From: Actinomycetes bacterium
GTDB lineage: Bacteria; Actinomycetota; CALGFH01
Direction: 5' to 3'
DNA: 40,616 bases
NCBI GenBank assembly: GCA_035275125.1
Contig: DATENJ010000300.1
Coordinates: forward strand, 1 to 40,616
In this document: in pieces, positions 32,881 to 40,616 of the stretch
Layout: every line of letters starts with the position of its first letter
Numbering within the stretch: the stretch's first letter is position 1
Notes under the pieces: generated by a model
Database searches by the model: none
Told to the model about the DNA's origin: nothing
What the model saw: the letters and a program-made list of their open reading frames with translations, nothing else
Program-made: the position numbers and the translations under genes

Positions 32881-32916
32881 TGCTGCCCGCCGGGATTCCC
32901 CTCCCGGCGGGCAGCA
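32881..32916 (+). terminator. strong hairpin (14-bp perfect stem TGCTGCCCGCCGGG/CCCGGCGGGCAGCA, 8-nt loop) 19 nt after the phoA stop
   Basis: Read directly from the sequence. There is no trailing U-tract. Confidence 0.6.
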
Positions 32917-33121
32917 CGGGGCGCCGGCTATCCTCCTCAGCTGGCGTGTCGTCGTGGATGGATGGCGAATCCGAGCGTTCCGAGGACCTTGACGCCTGCC
33001 GGAGCAGTCCAGGTCGTGTGCCCGGGTGAGGTGGCTGGCCACCGGGAGTGCCCCGACCGTTTGGCGTCTGGACCGCTCCGGTTCATCCTGCTGTCCGCGA
33101 GGCGGGGGAGGATGCGCGCTC

Positions 33122-34288
33122 ATGCGCCCCACACCCCGCCTGGTCGCGACGCCGGCTGTCCTCCAGCCGAGATGGCGAGCGGTGGTCGGCGTGGCGGCGG
33201 CCGGGCTGGTGGTGGGCTGCCTGCTGCTGGTGCTGCAGTTCGTGCGGCTGGGCTGGGAGCCGACCGCGCCGTTCGTGGTCGGGACCAGCTGGCGGCTGGA
33301 CGAGGAGCTGGCCGCCCGACATCGTCAGGTGCAACTCACTCCGGGGAACGGCTACGACGGCCAGTGGTTCCTGGGACTGGCCTACGACCCGCTGCTCGGC
33401 CAGCGGCTCGCCTCCAGCTTCGACATGCCCCGGTACCGTGCCGGCCGGCCCCTGCAGGCGGTCACGGGCTGGCTGCTCGCCGGCGGGCGGGCCGCCGCGA
33501 TCCCCTTCGGACTGCTGGCCGTGGGACCACTGGCCGTGGCCTTGGGGTCGGCGGCGACGGGCCGGCTGGTCGCCGCCGACGGCCGCTCGCCCTGGTGGGG
33601 GCTCGGCTTCGCGGCGGTCCCTGGCGTGGTTGTCGGGGTCACCTTCGCCACCGCGGAGCCGCTCGCCCTCGCGCTGGCCACGCTGGGCCTGAGCATGGTG
33701 CTGGATCGGCGGCTGGTCGCGGCCGGGTTCGCGTTCGCCGGAGCCGCCCTGACCAAGGAGACCTATCTCGTGTTCGCGGTGGCGGCGGCGGCGTGGCTGA
33801 TCCTGGACGCCGGCAGCCCTCGCCGGGAACGGGTCGCGAACGCGGCGATGGTCGTCGTCCCCGGTGTGCTGGGGCTGGCGGCGTGGTGGGCGTACGTGGC
33901 CTCGAGGATCCCCGCCGGCCCCGGTGACGGCGAGGCCGTCGGTGCCGTTGGGCCGCCGCTCGCCGGTTGGGGACAGGTCCTCGCCCGATTGATCAGCGGC
34001 GAGTATGTGCCCGACGCCCCGGTCGGCCCGGTTGGAGCGGTGCTGCTGGTCGGGTCGCTGGTGGCCGTCATTGTCGCGATCCTGCTTGGTCTGCGCCGTC
34101 CCACACTGCTTGGCTGGACCGGGCTCCTGCTCGGCGTCTGTGCGCTGGTGCTCTCGGGCGAGATCCTTGACCGCTTCCTGTCCAGCATGCGGGCGCTGGC
34201 CCCCGCGGTGCTGGCCGCCGCTCTCGTCATCGCCGTCCGTCAGTGGCCGATGTCGCGGGTGCCGGCCTCGACCAGGCCGCTCTCGTAG
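33122..34288 (+). CDS. polytopic integral membrane protein, possibly a GT-C-type glycosyltransferase
   Basis: About 10 hydrophobic segments. The first loop contains GYDGQWFLGLAYDP, reminiscent of the [WY]D..[YF]..IA motif of PIG-V/GT-C mannosyltransferases. The ATG at 33122 follows GGGGGAGGA (the track start GTG 33026 is possible). The function is tentative. Confidence 0.55.
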   Translation: MRPTPRLVATPAVLQPRWRAVVGVAAAGLVVGCLLLVLQFVRLGWEPTAPFVVGTSWRLDEELAARHRQVQLTPGNGYDGQWFLGLAYDPLLGQRLASSFDMPRYRAGRPLQAVTGWLLAGGRAAAIPFGLLAVGPLAVALGSAATGRLVAADGRSPWWGLGFAAVPGVVVGVTFATAEPLALALATLGLSMVLDRRLVAAGFAFAGAALTKETYLVFAVAAAAWLILDAGSPRRERVANAAMVVVPGVLGLAAWWAYVASRIPAGPGDGEAVGAVGPPLAGWGQVLARLISGEYVPDAPVGPVGAVLLVGSLVAVIVAILLGLRRPTLLGWTGLLLGVCALVLSGEILDRFLSSMRALAPAVLAAALVIAVRQWPMSRVPASTRPLS

Positions 34289-34917
34289 GCGAACACCACG
34301 AGCTGGGTGCGATCGCGCAGGCCGAGCTTGGTCAGGATGCTCGAGATGTGCGACTTGACGGTTGCCGGGCCGATGAAGAGCTCGCCGGCGATCTCGGCGT
34401 TGCTCGACCCGCGGGCGACGGCCACCACCACCTCGCGCTCCCGGTCGGTGAGGCGCTCGAGGCGGCCGGCGACGGCGGCGTCGACGGTCATGCGCTCGGT
34501 GAACCGCCCGATGAGGCGCCGGGTGATCGACGGGGCGAGCAGCGCTCCGCCGTCGGCGACGGTGCGGACGGCGATGGCCAGCTGGTCGGGAGGGATGTCC
34601 TTGAGCACGAAGCCGCTCGCCCCGGCGCGCAGCGCCCTGTAGACGTACTCGTCCGGGTCGAAGGTGGTCAGGATCAGCACCCGGACGTCCCAGTCCGCCT
34701 CGGCCAGGATTCGGGAGGTGGCCTCCAGGCCGTCCATGGCGGGCATCCGGATGTCCATGAGGACAACGTCGGGACGGTGCTGGCGGGCCACCTCGATCGC
34801 CTCCAGCCCGGTGCCGGCCTCGGCCACGACCTCGATGTCGTCGTGGATCCGCAGGACCATGGCGAAGCCTCCGCGGACCAGTGCCTGGTCGTCGACCACG
34901 GCGACACGGATGCTCAC
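34240..34917 (-). CDS. NarL/LuxR-family response regulator
   Basis: The GTG start overlaps the kinase stop (GTGA). The receiver domain is IRVAVVDDQALVRGG..DVVLMDIRMP. The C-terminal LuxR HTH is SNAEIAGELFIGPATVKSHISSILTKLG. Confidence 0.93.
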   Translation of the reverse strand: MSIRVAVVDDQALVRGGFAMVLRIHDDIEVVAEAGTGLEAIEVARQHRPDVVLMDIRMPAMDGLEATSRILAEADWDVRVLILTTFDPDEYVYRALRAGASGFVLKDIPPDQLAIAVRTVADGGALLAPSITRRLIGRFTERMTVDAAVAGRLERLTDREREVVVAVARGSSNAEIAGELFIGPATVKSHISSILTKLGLRDRTQLVVFAYESGLVEAGTRDIGH

Positions 34918-36137
34918 GCCGGCTCACTCCCGGTCGGTAGGTGGGCGACGACGCTGAACCCGCCGCCGGGGCGCGGCCGGGCGTCGAGTGTGCCGCCCAG
35001 CAGCCGGGCCCGCTCGCGCATCCCGACGATGCCGTGACCTCGCGCCCCGGGGTCGTTCAGGTCCGGTCGGGGCAGGACGGTGGCGCCGCGTCCGTCGTCG
35101 AGCACCTCGATGACGACCCCGCGCCGGTCGGTGCCGAGCCGCACCTCGGTGCGAGCCCCTGGACCGGCGTGCTTGAGCACGTTGGTGAGCGCCTCCTGGA
35201 CGATCCGGTAGGCGAACAGGTCCACCCGGGCCGGGAGCTCGGCCACCACCCCGTCGGTGGCCACCGAGACGTCGAGGCCGGCCCCGCGGGTCTGCTCGAC
35301 CAGCCGGGGGAGATCGGCCAGGCCAGGCTGCGGGCCCAGCCCGTCGTGGTCGGTCTCCGGTCGGAGCACTCCGAGCAGGTGGCGCAGCTCGTCCAGGGCC
35401 TGGCGTCCCGCCTCCTCGACCGCGCCCATCGCCTTCAGGGCGCCCTCGGGGTCCTCGGCGGCCACGGCCTTGGCCGCGCCCGCCTGCACCGTCATGAGGC
35501 TCACCCGGTGGGCGACCACGTCGTGCAGCTCGCGGGCGATGCGGGCCCGCTCCTCGATCACGATCCGGCGGGCCTCGGCGGCCTGCTCCCGCAGTAGCTC
35601 GTCGGCACGCTGTCGGCGCAGCCGGAGGCGGCGCCCGACGTACCAGGCCCCGAACATGACGGCGCTGCCGAAGGCCACCTCACCCCACGGCGTCGGATCG
35701 GTGAGGCCGTCGGCGACCACCACCGCGATGGCCGCGGCCACGCCCAGCTGCGCCCACCGGTCCGCGGTGGCGTACCGCCCCGCGCTGTAGAGCGCGATGA
35801 TCGTCACCCCGCCCAGGTCCGCGTAGCCGCTGCCGAGGGTCGCCGCCCAGCCGACCACCGCCACGGCCAGCACGGCCAGGGGCGCCTGCCGGCGCCAGTA
35901 CAGCGCCGCGCTGGCCACGGCGAAGACCAGCAGGACGGGGACCGGGACGTCGCCGACGGGTCGGGTGACGATCGCGTCGCCGGGGCCGTCGACCAGGAAC
36001 ACCGCCGCCAGGAAGACGGCGACCGCAAGGGCCGCGTCCGCGGCCCTTGGCCAGCGGGTGAACGGCCCCCGGAACTGTCGGGGCAGGTCAGCGGGCATCG
36101 ACCCACGATAAGCGAGGCCGGCCTCGCGGTCATCCAT
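34914..36137 (-). CDS. sensor histidine kinase (HisKA_3 / NarL-partner type)
   Basis: The N-terminal region is multi-TM. The H-box is ARELHDVVAHRVSLMTVQAGAA. An HATPase_c segment follows (..NVLKHAGPGA.., GHGIVGMRERA). The start is ATG 36137 or the internal ATG 13 codons downstream. Confidence 0.9.
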   Translation of the reverse strand: MDDREAGLAYRGSMPADLPRQFRGPFTRWPRAADAALAVAVFLAAVFLVDGPGDAIVTRPVGDVPVPVLLVFAVASAALYWRRQAPLAVLAVAVVGWAATLGSGYADLGGVTIIALYSAGRYATADRWAQLGVAAAIAVVVADGLTDPTPWGEVAFGSAVMFGAWYVGRRLRLRRQRADELLREQAAEARRIVIEERARIARELHDVVAHRVSLMTVQAGAAKAVAAEDPEGALKAMGAVEEAGRQALDELRHLLGVLRPETDHDGLGPQPGLADLPRLVEQTRGAGLDVSVATDGVVAELPARVDLFAYRIVQEALTNVLKHAGPGARTEVRLGTDRRGVVIEVLDDGRGATVLPRPDLNDPGARGHGIVGMRERARLLGGTLDARPRPGGGFSVVAHLPTGSEPA

Positions 36138-36327
36138 CTCGGGACGGATGCGGGTTCCCGCCGTACGGGGGACGACCGGCCGCCGGGGCTCGGCGACGAC
36201 CCGCCTGGTGGGGGAGGGCCAACCCGTCCGCGGGCGGGCGACCCCGCCGGTCCCGGCGGTCAGGGTGGTTCCGCGGCGTCATCGCCGGCGACCACGGTCC
36301 GAGCCCGATCACCAAAGGAGCACCGTC

Positions 36328-38490
36328 ATGCATCACATCACCCGTCGCATCGGCGACGCCTGCGCCCGCAGGCCATGGGCCACCATCGGGATGTGGGCGG
36401 TCGCGGCCGCGGTCGTCCTGGGGCTGGCCGGCACCGCCGGGGGCTCGTTCGCCGACGACCTCGTCGCCCCCGGAAGCCAGAGCGAGGAGGCGATGGTGCT
36501 GCTCGAGGAGCGCTTCCCCGAGGCGGCCGGCGGCAGCGCCCTGGCGGTGTTCGCCGCGCCGGAGGGTGAGCGGCTGGAGCGTCACCGGCCCGCCGTCGAG
36601 GCCGCGGTCGCCCGGATCGCCGGCGTGGAGCACGTCACCGGGGTGGCCGACCCGTTCACCGCCGGCACCGTGTCGCCCGACGGGCGCATCGGGTTCGCCG
36701 AGATCACCTTCGACCGGCCCTCGACCGAGCTCGGCCCGGCCCCACTGACCGCGGTCGCCGACGCGATCGCGCCCGCCCGGGAGGCCGGCGTCGCGGCCGA
36801 GCTCGGCGGCGACGCCGCCTTCGTCAACGCCGAGACCGAGACCTCGGGCGCTGAGGCGGCCGGCCTGCTGGCCGCCCTGGTGGTGCTGGTGGTCGCCTTC
36901 GGGACGATCGTGGCCGCGCTGCTCCCGATCGCGCTCACCCTTGTGGCGGTGGCCGTCGGCGTGGGCGGCATCACCCTGCTGGCCAACGCGATGGAGGTGT
37001 CCAGTGCCGCCCCGACCATCGGGGCGATGATCGGGCTGGGAGTCGGCATCGACTACGCCCTGTTCGTCATGGCCCGCTACCGCGAGCACCGCGCCGCCGG
37101 TGAGGGCAACCGGACCGCGCTGTCGGACGCCATGGGGGCGGCCGGGTCCGCGGTCCTGCTGGCCGGGGGGACCGTCGTCGTGGCCATGGCCGCTCTCGTG
37201 CTGACCGGCCTCGGCTTCCTGGCCTCGATCGGGCTCAGCACCTCGCTGGTGGTGCTGGTCGCCGTGGCCACCGCCCTCACCCTGCTGCCGGCGCTGCTGT
37301 CGCTGCTCGGCGATCGGGTGGACGCGGGGCGGCTGATCGGCCGCCGGCGGCTCACCCCGCGTGCCCAGGAGACGGCCTGGTGGCGCTTTGCCCACAGGGT
37401 GTCGGGCCGGCCCTGGCCGTACCTGATCGCCGCCGCGGCGGTGCTGCTGGCCCTGGCCGCTCCGGCCCTGCGCATGGAGACGGGCTTCCCGGACGCCGGC
37501 GACGACTCGACCGGCACCACCCACCGTCGCGCCTACGACCTGCTGGCCGACGGCTTCGGCCCCGGCTTCAACGCCCCGCTGCTGCTGGTCGCCGACCTGC
37601 GCCGCCCTGGCGTGGACGCAGCCGCCGTCCCGGCGCTGGCCGAGCGCGTCGCCGCCGACCCCGGCATCGTCATGGTCGGCGAGCCGCGGACCTCCCCCGC
37701 AGGGGACACCGTCGTGCTGCCCATGATCCCCACCAACGCACCCGCCGACCCCGAGACCTCCCGGACCCTCGAGCGCGTCCGCGGCCTCGTCCCCGGCAAC
37801 GTCGCCGTGTCGGGCCTGACCGCCATGACCGTCGACCTCACCGGCCAGCTCTCCGATACCCTGCCGATCTTCGTCGGCGCCATCCTGGCCGCGTCGTTCC
37901 TGCTGCTCATGGTGGTGTTCCGCTCGGTCGCGGTGCCGCTGAAGGCCGTCGTGATGAACCTGCTGTCGATCGGCGGGGCCTACGGCGTGGTGGTGGCCGT
38001 GTTCCAGTGGGGATGGCTCGCGGACCTGTTCGGGCTGGAGAAGACGTACCTGATCGCCTCGCCGCTGCCGACCATCTTCTTCGCCGTCCTCTTCGGCCTG
38101 TCCATGGACTACGAGGTCTTCCTACTCTCGCGCATCCGCGAGGCCTACGACGCCACCGGCGACAACACCGAATCGGTGGCCCGCGGCACGGCGGCCACGG
38201 GGCGCGTCATCACCTCGGCCGCGCTGATCATGACGGTGGTGTTCGCGAGCTTCGTCGCCGACCCGTCGCCGCTGGTCAAGATGCTGGGCCTGGGGCTGGC
38301 GACAGCGATCGTGCTCGACGCCACGATCGTCCGGATAGTGCTGGTGCCGGCGAGCATGGCCCTGATGGGCCGGGCCAACTGGTGGCTGCCCGGCTGGCTG
38401 GACCGCCGGTTGCCCCACGTGAGCGTGGAGACGGCCGAGGTCCCAGAGCGGGCCGAGCGGGTGCTCGCCGGCGCATCCGGCCGCGGCTGA
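36328..38490 (+). CDS. MMPL-family (RND superfamily) membrane transporter
   Basis: AAAGGAG sits 7 nt before the ATG at 36328 (MHHITRRIGDACARRPWATIGMW). There are two 6-TM bundles with GIDYALF/SMDYEVFLLSRIRE motifs. The track ORF 36148.. adds an Arg-rich extension that is unlikely to be real. Confidence 0.9.
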   Translation: MHHITRRIGDACARRPWATIGMWAVAAAVVLGLAGTAGGSFADDLVAPGSQSEEAMVLLEERFPEAAGGSALAVFAAPEGERLERHRPAVEAAVARIAGVEHVTGVADPFTAGTVSPDGRIGFAEITFDRPSTELGPAPLTAVADAIAPAREAGVAAELGGDAAFVNAETETSGAEAAGLLAALVVLVVAFGTIVAALLPIALTLVAVAVGVGGITLLANAMEVSSAAPTIGAMIGLGVGIDYALFVMARYREHRAAGEGNRTALSDAMGAAGSAVLLAGGTVVVAMAALVLTGLGFLASIGLSTSLVVLVAVATALTLLPALLSLLGDRVDAGRLIGRRRLTPRAQETAWWRFAHRVSGRPWPYLIAAAAVLLALAAPALRMETGFPDAGDDSTGTTHRRAYDLLADGFGPGFNAPLLLVADLRRPGVDAAAVPALAERVAADPGIVMVGEPRTSPAGDTVVLPMIPTNAPADPETSRTLERVRGLVPGNVAVSGLTAMTVDLTGQLSDTLPIFVGAILAASFLLLMVVFRSVAVPLKAVVMNLLSIGGAYGVVVAVFQWGWLADLFGLEKTYLIASPLPTIFFAVLFGLSMDYEVFLLSRIREAYDATGDNTESVARGTAATGRVITSAALIMTVVFASFVADPSPLVKMLGLGLATAIVLDATIVRIVLVPASMALMGRANWWLPGWLDRRLPHVSVETAEVPERAERVLAGASGRG

Positions 38491-38569
38491 CGCGATGAGC
38501 CCTTGCGTCCAGCTGAGCGACATGCTTACCTATCACCTGTAAGTATCCTCTCACACATAGAGGGATTCC

Positions 38570-38920
38570 ATGACGGGTGGACCGCCGAGCGGTGATGACC
38601 TGGTCGCGATGCTGGCGGCGCTGGCCAACCCGATCCGTCTGCGCATCATCGCCAGGCTGGCTCGCGGCCGCGACTACGTGAGCCACCTGGCCCGGGAGAT
38701 CGGCATCAGCCGTCCTCTGCTCCACATGCACCTGCAACGACTGGAGGCGGCCGGGCTGATCGTCGGCCACCTCGAGCTCTCCGAGGACGGCAAGGCGATG
38801 AAGTTCTACCAGGTCTCCGACCTCGACCTGCATCTGACCGCGGCCACGCTCGCCGAGGCGGCCCAGACCCTGACCAGATCGGACCCGGCCAAGGGTCCAG
38901 AACCCAAGGAGGGTTCTTGA
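38570..38920 (+). CDS. ArsR/SmtB-type winged-helix transcriptional regulator
   Basis: LAALANPIRLRIIARLARGRDYVSHLAREIGISRPLLHMHLQRLEAAGLI is present. I see no obvious metal-binding Cys pair. An AT-rich upstream region with short inverted repeats precedes it. Confidence 0.85.
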   Translation: MTGGPPSGDDLVAMLAALANPIRLRIIARLARGRDYVSHLAREIGISRPLLHMHLQRLEAAGLIVGHLELSEDGKAMKFYQVSDLDLHLTAATLAEAAQTLTRSDPAKGPEPKEGS

Positions 38921-39189
38921 TGTCAACCTTCGACTGGCCGGACGCGGTGGCCGTGCTCGGCATCCTGCTCGCGATCACCGTCCTCATCGGCGGCGCGATG
39001 GCCGCCTTCGTGGAGCTCCGCAAGGCCAGGATCGTGGCCGGTCACCAGGACGACCTGCGCCAGCTCGTGCGCCGCTACGAGCACTTCGCCGAGAACACGC
39101 TGGACACCCAGCAGCGGGTGGCCGCCGACGTGGCCGAGCTGCGGTCGCGGACGGCAGCGATCGAGCAGATCCTGCGGACCGTCGAGTGA
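38920..39189 (+). CDS. small membrane-anchored protein (one TM helix plus a helical, coiled-coil-like tail), function unknown
   Basis: The ATG overlaps the ArsR stop (TGATG). AVAVLGILLAITVLIGGAMAAFV is the TM segment, followed by a charged helical segment. I recognise no family. Confidence 0.6.
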   Translation: MSTFDWPDAVAVLGILLAITVLIGGAMAAFVELRKARIVAGHQDDLRQLVRRYEHFAENTLDTQQRVAADVAELRSRTAAIEQILRTVE

Positions 39190-39211
39190 TCCCAAGCCCA
39201 AGGAGGCAGCC

Positions 39212-39847
39212 ATGCAGCAGCAGGAGTCGTACCCGGTCCGGTTCACGGTGGACTACCCCGATCGGCCGCTGGACCGGCTGACCACCGGCTTCCGGATCCT
39301 TGTCGCCATTCCCATCCTGATCGTGCTGGGGACCGTGTCTGGAGGAGGAAGCTGGGAGTCCAGCTACGACACCACCCGAACCACCACCGCCGCCGCCGGC
39401 GGGCTGCTGTTCTTCGGGCCGCTGCTGATGATCCTGTTCCGCCGCAAGTACCCCCGGTGGTGGTTCGACTGGAACCTGGAGCTGCAGCGTTTCGGCAACC
39501 GGGTGGGCGTGTACCTGGCGTTGATGGACGACCGCTACCCGGCCACCGACCAGCACCAGTCGGTCCATCTCGACTACCCCTACCCCGACGCCGAGGCTGA
39601 CCTCAACCGCTGGCTGCCCCTGGTGAAGTGGTTCCTGGCCATCCCCCACTATGTCGTGCTGTTCTTCCTGTGGATCGCGGCGCTGGTGGTGGTGGTCGTG
39701 GTCTGGTTCGCCATCTTGTTCACCGGCCGCTACCCACGAGGGATGTTCGACTTCGTCGAGGGCGTGATCCGCTGGCACAACCGGGTCGCCGCCTATGCGT
39801 GGGTGCTGGTCACCGACCGCTACCCGCCATTCCGCCTCTCCCAGTAG
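39212..39847 (+). CDS. DUF4389 domain-containing membrane protein
   Basis: An AAGGAGG SD is present. YPVRFTVDYPDRPLDRLTTGFRILVAIP and the C-terminal WFAILFTGRYPRGMFDFVEGVIRWHNRVAAYAWVLVTDRYPPFRL match my recollection of DUF4389. Confidence 0.75.
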   Translation: MQQQESYPVRFTVDYPDRPLDRLTTGFRILVAIPILIVLGTVSGGGSWESSYDTTRTTTAAAGGLLFFGPLLMILFRRKYPRWWFDWNLELQRFGNRVGVYLALMDDRYPATDQHQSVHLDYPYPDAEADLNRWLPLVKWFLAIPHYVVLFFLWIAALVVVVVVWFAILFTGRYPRGMFDFVEGVIRWHNRVAAYAWVLVTDRYPPFRLSQ

Positions 39848-39895
39848 GACCGCCGCTAGCGGAGTGGGAGGTCGCGGCCCAGCTCATCCTTCTGG

Positions 39896-40402
39896 TCAGC
39901 GTGGGCCCGCAGGTTCGACGGCCGCGGCCTCCTCTCCGGCGTGGCGGACGGTGAAGGCCAGCATGATCTGGGAGAAGCCCCGGAACAGGGCCAGGAAGCC
40001 GACCCAGAACAGGATCAGGTAGGTCCGCTGGGCCAGGGCGTACACCCGGTCCGACCCCGACACCCAGAACGCCAGCAGGATCAGCAGGATCCCGGTGATC
40101 AGGTTGACCCACCAGTAGGGGTTCACCGCCCGCGAGGCCACGGCTTGGATGATCTCGAAGGCGCCATAGAAGGTCAGGATCAGCCCAAGGACCGAGGCGA
40201 GGGCGAAGAAGGTGTTGACCGGCCGGATGAAGCCGTACAACCCGCCGAGGAAGAAGATGGCGGCCATGATGTAGTGCCAGACCTTCCAACCGCCAGGGGA
40301 CAAGCTCGCGATGCCGACCTCGTTGATCCCCGCGATGAGGAAGACCACCCCGAGCAGCAGCCCGACGGTGGCGATCGAGGTGGAGTTGAGGCGCAGGACC
40401 AT
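39896..40402 (-). CDS. HdeD/DUF308-family membrane protein (5' end probably extends to 40494 across a frameshift)
   Basis: It has repeated DUF308-like TM hairpins (GILLILLAFWVSG etc.). The ATG at 40402 would start inside a TM helix. The frame is open upstream (..RYWWLFLVSGVLWLLIAW) to a TGA at 40484-40486 with no ATG/GTG/TTG in it. A strong SD+ATG sits at 40494 in another frame. Confidence 0.7.
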   Translation of the reverse strand: MVLRLNSTSIATVGLLLGVVFLIAGINEVGIASLSPGGWKVWHYIMAAIFFLGGLYGFIRPVNTFFALASVLGLILTFYGAFEIIQAVASRAVNPYWWVNLITGILLILLAFWVSGSDRVYALAQRTYLILFWVGFLALFRGFSQIMLAFTVRHAGEEAAAVEPAGPR

Positions 40403-40616
40403 CCAGGCGATCAGTAACCACAGGACCCCTGAGACCAGGAACAGCCACCAGTAGCGGGCCCCTCCCGCGCGATCAATCGCTCCTCAGTAAGCATGCGAGC
40501 CTCCTCTCTCCAGGAAAGGCGTTGTACGAAGGCCGGGGCGGTGTCGGCGACCTCGGGCCAGCCCGCTGTCGATGGTCAGCGCATGGCCGCGTCCGTTTGG
40601 CCTGTTGACGGCCGTC

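Noticed and set aside
36138-36327. The 190-nt very GC-rich spacer upstream of the MMPL gene as a possible structured RNA or small gene.
   Set aside because: Only short, weak hairpins are present and there is no conserved-looking motif. The in-frame ORF through it is Arg-rich shadow sequence. I cannot support it without comparative data.
38522-38542. A mini-ORF ATG CTT ACC TAT CAC CTG TAA (MLTYHL) upstream of the ArsR gene. It shares CATGCTTAC with the hdeD start region.
   Set aside because: It has no SD and is only 6 codons long. The shared 9-mer is most likely coincidence.

Overview
High-GC (by eye about 70%), densely coding, actinobacterial-type chromosome segment. I call 35 protein-coding genes. 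I see no rRNA, tRNA, CRISPR array, transposase or integrase. Most long ORFs in the six-frame track are antisense or out-of-frame shadows of the real genes, which is typical of GC-rich DNA. The window splits into three parts. (1) Nt 1-29.5 kb is a multi-operon island for uptake and breakdown of nitrogen-rich compounds. It carries two paralogous ATP-dependent hydantoinase/oxoprolinase A+B pairs, a D-amino-acid transaminase, a DapB-fold amine dehydrogenase-like gene, a class II aldolase and an aldehyde dehydrogenase. It also carries a NitT/TauT-type ABC importer, a large amidohydrolase, an arginine-deiminase-fold enzyme next to a lone DUF1989 gene, and a class I aminotransferase. The rest of the island is a three-subunit form-II CoxSML-like molybdenum hydroxylase with the large subunit on the opposite strand, an SDR, an LLM/F420-type oxidoreductase and gdhA. 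One LysR and two paralogous MarR regulators sit among these genes. (2) Nt 29.8-32.9 kb holds tandem secreted phosphatases phoD and phoA. (3) Nt 33-40.6 kb is an envelope/stress block: a polytopic GT-C-like membrane protein, a NarL-type two-component system, an MMPL transporter, an ArsR / small membrane protein / DUF4389 operon, and an HdeD/DUF308 gene with an apparent 5' frameshift. The best candidates for undescribed biology are three. First, the LysR-linked hyuAB-dat-dehydrogenase-aldolase operon. Second, the MarR-centred amidohydrolase/ABC // deiminase-fold + DUF1989 locus. Third, a recurring TATCT-N8-AGATA pseudo-palindrome that ties three divergent promoter regions to the second MarR. All functional calls come from motif recognition by eye; no database search was possible.
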